Part shown: in pieces, positions 15,318 through 23,512 of the stretch
Layout: each line of letters starts with the position of its first letter
Numbering within the stretch: position 1 is the stretch's first letter
IMG/VR virus record: IMGVR_UViG_3300030059_002847
Location: 1 to 35,607 of that record
Reading direction: 5' to 3' (one strand)
Source of the DNA: a virus
Lineage: Duplodnaviria > Caudoviricetes
DNA: 35,607 bases
Program-made: the position numbers and the translations under genes
Notes under the pieces: generated by a model
Databases searched by the model: none
What the model saw: the letters and a program-made list of their open reading frames with translations, nothing else
Told to the model about the DNA's origin: nothing

Positions 15318-16084
15318 GCAAGCTGCGCGTCTTGGATCTGTTCAGCGGAATTGGCGGCTTCAGCCTTGGTTTTGAGCGCACAGGCGGCTTTGAAACCGTG
15401 GCGTTCTGCGAGATTGAGCCGTTCCCCCGCAAAGTATTGGCGAAACACTGGCCGGAGGTGCCTTGCTATCATGACGTTACAAAACTCACAGGCGACATTC
15501 TGGCAAGAGACGGAATTGCCGTTGATGTCATCACGGGCGGCTTCCCATGCCAAGATATTAGCGTTGCCGGCGCACGAGCTGGAATGGGCGAGGGCACAAG
15601 GAGCGGGCTGTGGTCCGACTGTTTGCGACTTGTTGGCGAACTACGACCTAAGTTCGCACTCTTTGAAAACGTCTCAAACCTGCTTTCTGGACCAAGCGAG
15701 CAGCCAGGAGGGTGGTTTAGCACAATTCTCAGCGACTTGGCCGGCGCGGGGTATGATGCGGAATGGGCAGATATTCCAGCTTCCTACGTTGGTGCCTGGC
15801 ATCGGCGGGGCAGAGTCTGGATTCTTGCCTACCCCAACCAAATCAGCAGACAGCAAGGGCGCGCCCAAGAACCGATACTTCGGCAGCAGTACGTGTCGGA
15901 GCAATCTGAGGGAGCATTTGCGAAATGGCCCGGACGATCCGGTCTACCCAAGTCCGTTATTTGTGGAAGGCATGATGGGATTCCCGATGTACCACAGCGA
16001 CTTGCAGCACTCGGCAACGCAGTCGTCCCCCAAATCCCCGAACTGATAGGCCGCGCCATTCTGCAAGCGGAGGCCGCAGCATGA
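15314..16084 (+). CDS. DNA cytosine-C5 methyltransferase, large (alpha) polypeptide
   Basis: Motif I LFSGIGG, IV GFPCQ, VI ENV, VIII H.R.R, X LGNAV; motif IX missing. Confidence 0.92.
   Translation: MSKLRVLDLFSGIGGFSLGFERTGGFETVAFCEIEPFPRKVLAKHWPEVPCYHDVTKLTGDILARDGIAVDVITGGFPCQDISVAGARAGMGEGTRSGLWSDCLRLVGELRPKFALFENVSNLLSGPSEQPGGWFSTILSDLAGAGYDAEWADIPASYVGAWHRRGRVWILAYPNQISRQQGRAQEPILRQQYVSEQSEGAFAKWPGRSGLPKSVICGRHDGIPDVPQRLAALGNAVVPQIPELIGRAILQAEAAA
15471..16046 (+). CDS. Nested out-of-frame (beta) polypeptide of the C5 methyltransferase
   Basis: Open +1 frame; GGAGGTG SD before ATG 15471; LPTPT and FVEGMMGFP (motif IX-like). Confidence 0.75.
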   Translation: MTLQNSQATFWQETELPLMSSRAASHAKILALPAHELEWARAQGAGCGPTVCDLLANYDLSSHSLKTSQTCFLDQASSQEGGLAQFSATWPARGMMRNGQIFQLPTLVPGIGGAESGFLPTPTKSADSKGAPKNRYFGSSTCRSNLREHLRNGPDDPVYPSPLFVEGMMGFPMYHSDLQHSATQSSPKSPN

Positions 16085-16341
16085 CCCACACCCCCTCCCT
16101 TACTGCGCAGGGGTCGGCGCAGTCTTACCTCCCTGCCTCAACTACCGCCGCGTCTGATGGCGTCGGGGGCTTTTCAGGGACCATGAACACAGACCCGCAC
16201 CTGATCGACAAGATCGGCACATGCCCGACCGTAGCTGAGCTGGACGCGATGCGCGAGGCCATCCGGGCGCGCGGCGAAACGCTGCCAGACGGCGCGGCCT
16301 ATGCCTTCACAGAGCGGCGCAAGCGGCTGGATCGGGGGTAG
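16081..16341 (+). CDS. Hypothetical protein (start may be 16183)
   Basis: ATGA-coupled; second ATG preceded by AGGGA. Confidence 0.45.
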   Translation: MTHTPSLTAQGSAQSYLPASTTAASDGVGGFSGTMNTDPHLIDKIGTCPTVAELDAMREAIRARGETLPDGAAYAFTERRKRLDRG

Positions 16342-16448
16342 GCGGCGTGATGCGTCTACTTTTCTCTGCAAAGAACAGCCGTGCTGCGGCGGCTTCATTA
16401 AACAAATCGGGGGCCGTACCGCAGCACGACCCCCAAGAAAGTACACAC

Positions 16449-17378
16449 ATGAATGATACAGTTAAGGCGTTCTCGCCGCAAGACCCGTTGCACTTTGTTC
16501 GTGAAGGTTTCGTCACTTTCACACCCGCGCAGGCTTCGCTTATTATGGATAAATGCCTGTATAAAAAACAGCGCAGGATCGACAGGCTGCATGCCATGAC
16601 GCTTCGTGAACTTATGGCGCGCGGGCAGTGGGCGGCTAAAGACAAGATCGACTTCGCCCGTATGCCTGACGGCAAGTTGTTCCTTATCAACGGCAACCAC
16701 CGCATGACCGCGCAGGGTGGCTCGCATATCAATATCGAATGGACAGTCGTTGTGCACGATTGCGCCACGATGGCAGATGTTCAGGCGCTTTATTATCGCT
16801 TTGATACGAACGTGCGCAAACGTTCAGACCAGAACATCATGGACGGCATCGGCTTTGCAGAAATGATGGGGGTCTCAAAGACAACAGCGACCGCGTTGTT
16901 CAAAGCGGTTCCAATCATCGCAAACAACCTGCGAGTTGGCAACACGCAGATGAACGACGCTGGATTGATTGCACGCCGCTTGATTGACGAGCGCATTACG
17001 TTGGCTGAAAGTTTCACCCCCGCAGCCAAAGCGTTCGAGGAATGCCAGATCAACGCACCAAAACAGATAAAGCAAAAGTTGCGCACGGGCAGCTTCATGG
17101 CTGTTGCTCTTGTCACTTTTTATCACCAGCCGGAAAATGCGAAACTGTTTTGGCAAGGGCTGTGCGATAACGATGGATTGCGCCGTGGCGACCCTCGGGC
17201 AACCTTGCTTTTGGACATGTCGGCACGCAAAGGCAACGATGGTTCTTTGCAGCAAAATGTAATCGCTATCGCTAAGGCGTGGAACGCATTTACCGAAGGG
17301 CGGCAGTTAAAGATCATCAAGGTTGTTGCGGCTCACACCGTTCCGGTTAACGGAACGCCGTACACGGTGTCTGCATAA
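16449..17378 (+). CDS. ParB/Srx-fold (DGQHR-like) protein
   Basis: TP..A, M..G.W, LINGNHRM.A, FD...KRS pattern. Confidence 0.65.
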   Translation: MNDTVKAFSPQDPLHFVREGFVTFTPAQASLIMDKCLYKKQRRIDRLHAMTLRELMARGQWAAKDKIDFARMPDGKLFLINGNHRMTAQGGSHINIEWTVVVHDCATMADVQALYYRFDTNVRKRSDQNIMDGIGFAEMMGVSKTTATALFKAVPIIANNLRVGNTQMNDAGLIARRLIDERITLAESFTPAAKAFEECQINAPKQIKQKLRTGSFMAVALVTFYHQPENAKLFWQGLCDNDGLRRGDPRATLLLDMSARKGNDGSLQQNVIAIAKAWNAFTEGRQLKIIKVVAAHTVPVNGTPYTVSA

Positions 17379-18277
17379 TGGTTAGCGCCGTCATAGACAT
17401 CAACTTGATCCGTGCGGACAATCGCATCCGCGCTGTCACGCCTGCGACTGTGACGGCGCTTGCCGATAGTATCAGCGACGTTGGCTTGCTTAACCCGATC
17501 ACCGTCTATGCGCGTGAAATTATCCGCAACGGACAGAAGGTAAAAGGCTATGGCCTCATAGCGGGCGCGCACCGTCTTGATGCCTGCAAGTCACTAGGGT
17601 GGGGAGAGATCCCCGCCAACGTGTCTGACCTTGGGGAACAAGAGCGCATCATCGCAGAGTGTGATGAAAACCTTTGCGGGTCCAAACTTAGCCCCGCTGA
17701 TGTCGCGATGTTTACCGCCAGGCGCAAAGAGGCGTATATCGCGCTGCACCCTGAAACGGCCAATGGATCGAACCAGCATAATAGGGTTCGCCAAGTTGGC
17801 GAACCCTCGGAGACGAGTGGGGAAAGCGCGGCCCCACGGGATGCGGAGCGGTTTACAGCCGCGACCGCCGCCGCAACTGGCCAGAGCGAACGCGACGTTC
17901 AACGAAGTGCTAGTCGCGGAGAATCCATAACGCCAGCCGTCCTTGCGATGGTTCGCGGCACAAAGCTGGATACGGGCGTATATCTAGACAAGCTGAAAGC
18001 GGTAGCGCCAGAAGAACAGGTTGCACGCGTCGATAGAGATCTGCGGGAGGCGAACAAGCCAAAGCAATCATCACAAACATCTTCATCATCGAAGATCGAC
18101 GCGGACGTTAAATCCCGCGCGGCGAAAGAGGTTGCTGAAATCATCGCAGAGCATGTGCCTGCCGACTGGTGGGACGCGGTGAAGTCCAATCTGTACAGCG
18201 CTGGCGCTAAGTCCATCGCTGACCAACTGGCCAACATCACGGGCGAAAGCATCATGGACAAGGGTCGGTTTAAATGA
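17378..18277 (+). CDS. ParB N-terminal domain protein
   Basis: LADSISDVGLLNPITV..LIAGAHRLDA, ENL..LS; TAATG-coupled. Confidence 0.85.
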   Translation: MVSAVIDINLIRADNRIRAVTPATVTALADSISDVGLLNPITVYAREIIRNGQKVKGYGLIAGAHRLDACKSLGWGEIPANVSDLGEQERIIAECDENLCGSKLSPADVAMFTARRKEAYIALHPETANGSNQHNRVRQVGEPSETSGESAAPRDAERFTAATAAATGQSERDVQRSASRGESITPAVLAMVRGTKLDTGVYLDKLKAVAPEEQVARVDRDLREANKPKQSSQTSSSSKIDADVKSRAAKEVAEIIAEHVPADWWDAVKSNLYSAGAKSIADQLANITGESIMDKGRFK

Positions 18278-18411
18278 ACGACCTCCACACCCTGCGCGCC
18301 TCTCTATTGGGCCGCATAGAGCGCCAGCAAGGCCGCGCGGGCATCACACGCCTGCGCCAGCGCCTCTACGCCGTCACGCACGAGATATTGGCGCGGGGTG
18401 CGCAGATATGA
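18274..18411 (+). CDS. 45-aa hypothetical protein (MNDLHTLRAS...)
   Basis: ATGA overlaps at both ends. Confidence 0.5.
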   Translation: MNDLHTLRASLLGRIERQQGRAGITRLRQRLYAVTHEILARGAQI

Positions 18412-18794
18412 ATGTCCGCGTGATCGAACTGCCGTGGCCCCACAAAGACCTGTCACCGAATGCCCGCAAGCATCGCTTGGCGGTAGCTCCTCTGCGCAAG
18501 AAGGCACGGACGGAGGCCATGTGGGCTTGCAAGGCGGCTCATATGAACTTCGCGCATCTGCGGGACGTGGGCCTGCATCTGCGCATCACATTCAACCCGC
18601 CTGATCGGCGCAAGCGTGACCTAGACAACCTCCTAGCCAGCATCAAAAGCCACCTAGACGGCGTGGCTGACGTGATCGGCGTGGACGACAGCATGTGGGC
18701 TCTAACCCTCGTGCGCGGCGAAGTCGTCAAGGGCGGGGCTGTGAAGGTCGAGGTTGTGGACCGGGCAGGCACGACAATGACGGGGGCCGCATGA
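18408..18794 (+). CDS. RusA-like Holliday junction resolvase
   Basis: LPWP..LSPN, PPDRRKRDLDNL..K..LDG..GVDD. Confidence 0.85.
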   Translation: MNVRVIELPWPHKDLSPNARKHRLAVAPLRKKARTEAMWACKAAHMNFAHLRDVGLHLRITFNPPDRRKRDLDNLLASIKSHLDGVADVIGVDDSMWALTLVRGEVVKGGAVKVEVVDRAGTTMTGAA

Positions 18795-19678
18795 ACGCTC
18801 TGCCTTACTATCCCCGCTACCCGCGCGACTTCTTTGAAGGCACCGCAGGCATGTCGCTGGAAGAAAAGGGCGCATACGGCCTTGTGCTGGACCTCATCTA
18901 TATGATGGGCGCGAGGGGCTTGCCAGATGATCCCCAGTATATCGCAGGCCAGCTTGGCACGTCTGTTCGCAAGTGGAATTCACTGAGAAAGTCACTAATC
19001 GAGCGGGGCAAGATCAACATCAAAGACGGCCTGATCTGTAACGGTAGGGCGGAGAAGGAAAAGGCCAAACAGAAGAAGTATCAGGGGCAGCAAGCCGAAA
19101 ATGCCTCGTCTGCCGGGCAGGCTAAAACCTCTGATCTTGAGATTAACGCGGGATCATCTGGAGATAAACCGGAGATAATCTCAAGTAAATCCGGAGATAA
19201 TCTCGCTGAAAACAGCGGCGCACATAATAAAAACAATAGCTTAGAAAAGCCGTCGCCGACAGATCGCGAAGAACCAAATACAGAACCATATAAGATTGAT
19301 GATGATAGCGCGGGCGATGGCCTGACGTTTCGGGAAAAGGTTTGTTTGGCCTCTGGTCATGACGCAAGCGGAGTGATGGCCAATTCTAAGATTTTTGCCA
19401 ACCGCGGCGACTTCGCAGAATTCGAGACGAAGCGGATCGGGCTGGGCCTGTCGGAGGCTAATGCGCTCGACGCAATCGCAGACGCGGTGCAGGCCAAGCA
19501 AGGCGACCCGCCGACCAGCCTGAGATATTTCACCAAGCCGATGCAGGACTTTGCTGGAAAGCTAAACGCCGAAAAAGTTGAGCCTACATCGCCGCGACAA
19601 TCTCAGCAATCCGGCCTTGGTTACAAGGTTCCGCGCCCTGACTTCCCCGCAGAATTTAAATCGGAGTTTAACCAATGA
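18791..19678 (+). CDS. Replication initiator, DUF1376/YdaU-like
   Basis: PYYPRYPRDF..T..MSLEEKGAY..LDL.Y; internal iterons. Confidence 0.8.
   Translation: MNALPYYPRYPRDFFEGTAGMSLEEKGAYGLVLDLIYMMGARGLPDDPQYIAGQLGTSVRKWNSLRKSLIERGKINIKDGLICNGRAEKEKAKQKKYQGQQAENASSAGQAKTSDLEINAGSSGDKPEIISSKSGDNLAENSGAHNKNNSLEKPSPTDREEPNTEPYKIDDDSAGDGLTFREKVCLASGHDASGVMANSKIFANRGDFAEFETKRIGLGLSEANALDAIADAVQAKQGDPPTSLRYFTKPMQDFAGKLNAEKVEPTSPRQSQQSGLGYKVPRPDFPAEFKSEFNQ
19160..19240. repeat. Iteron-like repeats plus AT-rich tract: putative replication origin
   Basis: GGAGATAA at 19160; CCGGAGATAATCTC at 19169 and 19191 (22-bp period); ATAATAAAAACAATA follows. Confidence 0.7.
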
Positions 19679-20298
19679 GCACAAAAAACGAAGTTTTGTA
19701 CGATGTTTTCACCCGCTGGATGGACCGCTACAGCCCGCGCCGCGCCTTGCAGCAGAACGAAACCGCGCTCAAGGACGAAGTGAACGCCCTGATGCGCGTG
19801 ATCTGGAAAATGGCTCCGCGCGAGGATTACGAAAACTGGCTGGCTAAGGTTCTGAACCAGCTTGATTACCAGATGAAAACATCGGCATGGCCTACCGTTG
19901 CTGAGATCGGAGCGGCTTGCAGCAACCAGAACAAAGCGCGGATTTTGAGCAACCCGCTTAGCGCAGAGCCGTTTTCACTGGACCCCGTGAAAATCGCAGC
20001 TAAGCGCATGAACGCAGGCGAATCCGTTGGCGATGCATGGCTCTATGGGCGCAATTCTCTGGACCTGATGGCTACGGGACTGGTGACCGGCGACACGCTG
20101 CGCAGGTACCGTTCGGCTTTGTATTTCTCTGCAAAAGACACCTACGGCGAGGGAAAAGCAAAGCGCATGGAGGCCGAATGGCTGCTGCGGCACGGAAAGG
20201 CGGAAAACCTGCACGCAGTTATGGCTGCTGCGGATTTGCCGGAAGGTGAGCCGTTCAAGCGCATGCCAACTCACCCGAATGACGGGTGGGCCGCATGA
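19675..20298 (+). CDS. Hypothetical protein, possible helicase loader
   Basis: Follows initiator; WPTVAEI motif. Confidence 0.65.
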   Translation: MSTKNEVLYDVFTRWMDRYSPRRALQQNETALKDEVNALMRVIWKMAPREDYENWLAKVLNQLDYQMKTSAWPTVAEIGAACSNQNKARILSNPLSAEPFSLDPVKIAAKRMNAGESVGDAWLYGRNSLDLMATGLVTGDTLRRYRSALYFSAKDTYGEGKAKRMEAEWLLRHGKAENLHAVMAAADLPEGEPFKRMPTHPNDGWAA

Positions 20299-20504
20299 AG
20301 GACACCATGGAGATCGAGACATGGGCCGAAATGAACGACCGGCACGCTGTCGAAAAGGCCGAGGCGCTGACCCGCCTGCGTGACGCTGGCCTGACTCAGA
20401 CGCAGGCCGCGCAACGGCTGGGTATCCCCCTAGGGCACTTGAACAGCTTCATCATCCGCAACGGCATCCCATGGACGCAGCCACAGCAGGGCCGCAAGCA
20501 ATGA
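20295..20504 (+). CDS. Small HTH protein
   Basis: GLTQTQAAQRLGI. Confidence 0.65.
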   Translation: MKDTMEIETWAEMNDRHAVEKAEALTRLRDAGLTQTQAAQRLGIPLGHLNSFIIRNGIPWTQPQQGRKQ

Positions 20505-20881
20505 ACCTTTCCCACCGCCACGAGATCCGCGACGAGAGCATCCGCAACGGATATGTGCCAGCGCCACCATGCGTCATTGCAGCGCGCGTTGTGCCGGACC
20601 AGCGCATCTACGCCAGGATGATACAGGACAAGGCCATCGCAGACCGGACACTTGCCCAGATCAAGAGCAGCAGAAAGCCAGCCAGCGGAGCAAGCAAGCG
20701 CATCAAGGCGCTGTTGTCCGATGGGCGCTGGCGCACCTATGGCGACATATTTCAGGCGCTGGAGATAACCACGCGGTCGCATGAATCGTCGGCGCGGCAG
20801 ATCATGCGCCGGATGTACGATCAAGGCGAGATCACCAAGGAGCGCGTCGGCAAGTCGCTCACATGGAGGATTGCACAATGA
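20501..20881 (+). CDS. Hypothetical protein with C-terminal winged-helix-like region
   Basis: ATGA-coupled; LLSDG..TYGDI..MRRMYDQGEI. Confidence 0.6.
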   Translation: MNLSHRHEIRDESIRNGYVPAPPCVIAARVVPDQRIYARMIQDKAIADRTLAQIKSSRKPASGASKRIKALLSDGRWRTYGDIFQALEITTRSHESSARQIMRRMYDQGEITKERVGKSLTWRIAQ

Positions 20882-21246
20882 GAGGCTGGCAAGAGCAAAA
20901 GGCGTTCGAGGCGGCAGAGCTGAAGCGACTGCGCGATGAATGGGTGCATGAAGCCGCGGATCTCAAGATGGGCGTCCGGGACGCTGCAAAGCACCTCGGA
21001 ATGAGAGCCGACCGGTTGCAGGATCACTTCACAGCGCTTGGCATCAAGACTGAGCGCCGCCGCACCTACGTTGTGAGGCCGACCAAGGAACAGCGGGCGC
21101 GCGAGGCTATGCTGAAACAGCTACGCGACCGGGCCGCGCGCAAGGTCGCAGCCGGTTACAGGCCGGAATACGCGCGACTGGAAGCGGCGCGAGAAATTCA
21201 GAGCGAAATGGCCGCACGCGACCACACAAACGAAGCACAGGCATAG
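20878..21246 (+). CDS. Hypothetical HTH-containing protein
   Basis: SD GGAGG; MGVRDAAKHLGM. Confidence 0.6.
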   Translation: MRGWQEQKAFEAAELKRLRDEWVHEAADLKMGVRDAAKHLGMRADRLQDHFTALGIKTERRRTYVVRPTKEQRAREAMLKQLRDRAARKVAAGYRPEYARLEAAREIQSEMAARDHTNEAQA

Positions 21247-21257
21247 GGGGCACGGGG

Positions 21258-21800
21258 ATGAGCAGCAGAGCAGAGGCCAGAGCGCGCAAGAAGCACCGGA
21301 ACGCAATCAAGGCGGGCCTGCCGGATCTGGCGCCCACGGAGACGGGACGCAAGGCGGAGGCAGCACCGGCCAGCAAAACAGGGGCAGTACGCCCGACAAA
21401 GGAGCGGATGATGCAAGGCAAGTGGGCAAGGCCGCAAGGACCAGACAAGCGCAGCCAGCCGATGGTTGATCTGGCAAGCGACATGATCGGGCAGTTGTAC
21501 CAGTCAAAGCAGATTAACACGGCGCAAGAGCAGGCAGCGCGCACGTTTCAGGAGCTGTGGGCAGCCTATCGCAGCGAGATCGGCGCGGCAGAGTACCGGT
21601 CCTGCCTCGCGGGTGGTGTTGGCGCTCACGATGACAGCGACGGCAACCCTGCGGTGTGCGCGGCTTGGAACAGCCTGTGCAACCGTATCGGGCGGGTATC
21701 GGTCGCGGCAATCAAGATGAACGTGGAACGTCAGGCAGGGGAAAGGCCGATCAATCTTGACGCGCTGAAATCTGCCCTTGATCGGGTGGCTGAGGGTTGA
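21258..21800 (+). CDS. Hypothetical protein in the late-regulator (Q-equivalent) position
   Basis: Last early gene before promoter and terS; function inferred from position only. Confidence 0.6.
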   Translation: MSSRAEARARKKHRNAIKAGLPDLAPTETGRKAEAAPASKTGAVRPTKERMMQGKWARPQGPDKRSQPMVDLASDMIGQLYQSKQINTAQEQAARTFQELWAAYRSEIGAAEYRSCLAGGVGAHDDSDGNPAVCAAWNSLCNRIGRVSVAAIKMNVERQAGERPINLDALKSALDRVAEG

Positions 21801-21826
21801 CGGCGGGCCCTAAATAGGGGTAGGCT
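21797..21826 (+). promoter_or_regulatory. Putative late promoter
   Basis: TTGACG-18-TAGGCT upstream of terS. Confidence 0.5.
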
Positions 21827-21920
21827 TCAATCACTCGAAGTGCGTCTGGTGAAAACTGGGCGCATTTTGCATTTTGAGCGCACATAGCGCAGCACGCGGC
21901 GGCGATACGCAATCACACCG

Positions 21921-21942
21921 ATGCGGCGGGGCCGCGTTTTTT
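21921..21942 (+). terminator. Putative leader terminator upstream of terS
   Basis: GCGGC-GGG-GCCGC then G-T6. Confidence 0.45.
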
Positions 21943-21957
21943 CAAAGGAAATCAGAC

Positions 21958-22278
21958 ATGGCAGTTGGACGTGGCGGTGCCAGGTCCGGTGCAGGTCGGA
22001 AGCCGGGACGCGCAAACAAGCTGACCAAGGCTGTGAAAGCAACGCTGACTGAGTTGGCATCTGCTTACACTGACGATGCGCTGGCAACCTTGGCCGAAAT
22101 CATGAAGGATACGCAATCACCAGCGGCGGCGCGTGTGTCTGCGGCCAATTCGTTATTGGACCGAGGGCATGGTAAGCCAGCGCAAGCGGTGGAGCATACA
22201 GGCAAAGACGGGGAAATCCTGCCGTTTTCGGGGTTCCTTATTGACCGTGTCCAACCCGATAACCCTGAGTCTGACTGA
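21958..22278 (+). CDS. terS: Terminase small subunit
   Basis: GGARSGAGRKPG, ARVSAANSLLDRGHGKP.Q; precedes terL. Confidence 0.8.
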   Translation: MAVGRGGARSGAGRKPGRANKLTKAVKATLTELASAYTDDALATLAEIMKDTQSPAAARVSAANSLLDRGHGKPAQAVEHTGKDGEILPFSGFLIDRVQPDNPESD

Positions 22279-23503
22279 GCCGCAGGAGCGGTTCCTTGCG
22301 AGCGAAGCCAAGCATCCCGCATTTGTCGCGGGCTTTGGGGCTGGCAAGTCAGAGGTCATGGCATGGTCGGCAGTCGGTGACGCTGCACATTCGGCAACGG
22401 CGCTGATCGGCCTTTACGCGCCAACCTATGACCTTGTGAGGCTGATTACAGCGCCAAGGATATGCGCCAAGCTGTCGGACATCGGTGTTCCGCATAAGTG
22501 GAACAAGCAGGAAAACATCATCTACACCAGCTTTCCCCGCTTCGGCGATTTTGTCCTACGCACGATGGACAACCCCGAACGGATCGTGGGCTACGAGACA
22601 TACCGCGCCCATGTCGATGAGTTGGACACACTCAAGCCTGAACCCGCCCGCAAGGCATGGAACCAGATCATCGCCCGCAACCGGCAAAGGCCAGAGGGCA
22701 TCAACCAGCCATTCAACAGGGTTTCGGCATACACGACACCAGAGGGCTTTCGCTTTGTCTATGACCGGTGGGTGCGCAATGGCGGCGGCGCATACGAGGT
22801 TATCCAAGCGCCGACCTACAGTAACCCGAAGCTGCCTGACGATTACGTTGACAACCTGCGGTCCAGCTATCCGCCCGAGCTGATCGACGCCTATATCGAG
22901 GGTCGCTTCGTCAACCTCACATCTGGCACTGTCTACCGCAACTATGACAGGGATCGGTGCCGATCTCATGAGTCCATCCGCGAAGGTGAGCCTTTGCACA
23001 TCGGGCAAGACTTCAACGTGGGCAACATGGCGTCGGTTGTATTGGTCGAGCGCGCGAACGGCTGGCATTCGGTGGCTGAATTGGGCGGCATCTTGGATAC
23101 GCCCGCGCTGATCGAAACGCTTCAGGAAAAATACCAAGGCCACCGCATCACGATCTACCCCGACGCATCCGGCAAGAGCCGCAAAACGGTGAACGCGAGC
23201 ACGTCAGACATTTCACTGCTAAAGCAGGCTGGCTTCACGGTGAAGGCCAAAGACAACAATCCGCCCGTCAAGGATCGCATCTTGGCAGTCAACACAAGCC
23301 TTTCCAAAGCGCGCCTTTGGGTAAACGACACGGCCTGCACACGCTTTGCCGAGGCGCTGGAGCAGCAGGCGTTCGACAAGAACGGCGAGCCGGACAAGAC
23401 GAGCGGCCACGACCATCACACCGACGCCGGGGGCTATGTGATCAACTGGCTGATGCCGGTTCGCAGGCCAATGGCCGCGCCCTCTATCCGCTTTGCCTAC
23501 TAA
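22241..23503 (+). CDS. terL: Terminase large subunit
   Basis: Walker A GFGAGKS, Walker B HVDE, TTPEG, GQDFN, DH..DA; start TTG 22241 or GTG 22247. Confidence 0.93.
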   Translation: MTVSNPITLSLTEPQERFLASEAKHPAFVAGFGAGKSEVMAWSAVGDAAHSATALIGLYAPTYDLVRLITAPRICAKLSDIGVPHKWNKQENIIYTSFPRFGDFVLRTMDNPERIVGYETYRAHVDELDTLKPEPARKAWNQIIARNRQRPEGINQPFNRVSAYTTPEGFRFVYDRWVRNGGGAYEVIQAPTYSNPKLPDDYVDNLRSSYPPELIDAYIEGRFVNLTSGTVYRNYDRDRCRSHESIREGEPLHIGQDFNVGNMASVVLVERANGWHSVAELGGILDTPALIETLQEKYQGHRITIYPDASGKSRKTVNASTSDISLLKQAGFTVKAKDNNPPVKDRILAVNTSLSKARLWVNDTACTRFAEALEQQAFDKNGEPDKTSGHDHHTDAGGYVINWLMPVRRPMAAPSIRFAY

Positions 23504-23512
23504 GGATAACCC

